DNA from: Azolla caroliniana
Lineage: Eukaryota > Plantae > Polypodiophyta
Length of the DNA: 64,000 bases
Reading direction: 5' to 3'
Assembly (NCBI GenBank): GCA_043228905.1
Contig: JBHGNT010000020.1
Span: 8,370,001 to 8,434,000 of the forward strand
The notes beneath the pieces are model-generated. The model was given only the letters and a program-made list of their open reading frames with translations. It did no database searches and was not told the origin of the DNA. The position numbers were made by a program, and so were the translations under genes. How positions within the stretch are numbered: the stretch's first letter is position 1; the number at the start of each line of letters is the position of its first letter. Shown here piece by piece: positions 63,561 to 64,000 of this stretch.

Positions 63561-64000
63561 GCAAGAATGTTTGAACCCGGATTTAAGGAGAAACAAAAAA
63601 AAAAACCAAAAACATTAGAACTATGGAAAGGTGTTGTGCACATCCAAATATTCATGACCCCACAAACACATATGGTATGCTAGCTTGGAAGTGGCATGAT
63701 TCGAATTGCCCACTCAAGAGCTCCTTCACATGGAGGACACACTTAAGCAACATGTGCAAATTCTTACTATCTCAAAACAAGTGTGAGATAGATTAGAGGC
63801 AAACTACTTGCCTACAAAGACAATGGTTCATATGGCTCTACAACGTATAGCCATTGGCTATACTCAACTCAAAAATCCAACTATCACTTTTCATAGAGAG
63901 TATCTTCGGTAAGCTTTGTAACTCCCTTTTTTCATAATCCCTCCAACCCTAGTCCACATGGATGTATGTGGCCGCTTATCAACTCAACCCCTATCCTGAA

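Overview
Repeat-rich land-plant nuclear DNA, most likely a non-seed plant such as a fern (inferred from TE types and intron structure). About two thirds is nested transposable elements: an Athila-like Gypsy interrupted by a second complete Gypsy with a tRNA-Trp primer site and 4-bp TSD, several Copia elements (one complete), L1 and other LINE fragments, a hAT-type non-autonomous element, and solo or partial LTRs. Host genes are one GDSL esterase/lipase and two tandem cellulose synthase-like (GT2) genes. The standout locus is at about 0.5-5.6 kb: a spliced gene (four clear GT-AG introns) encoding a ParB/Srx-like domain fused to a bacterial-type beta-class N6-adenine/N4-cytosine DNA methyltransferase. 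This copy is disabled by three TAG stops and a frameshift. It lies just downstream of about 20 copies of a 23-bp palindrome and head-to-head with an ORF running off the left edge. A second oddity is a ~900-bp pair of inverted LTRs flanked by one 5-bp TSD in the GDSL intron. All calls come from reading the sequence; no database searches were run.
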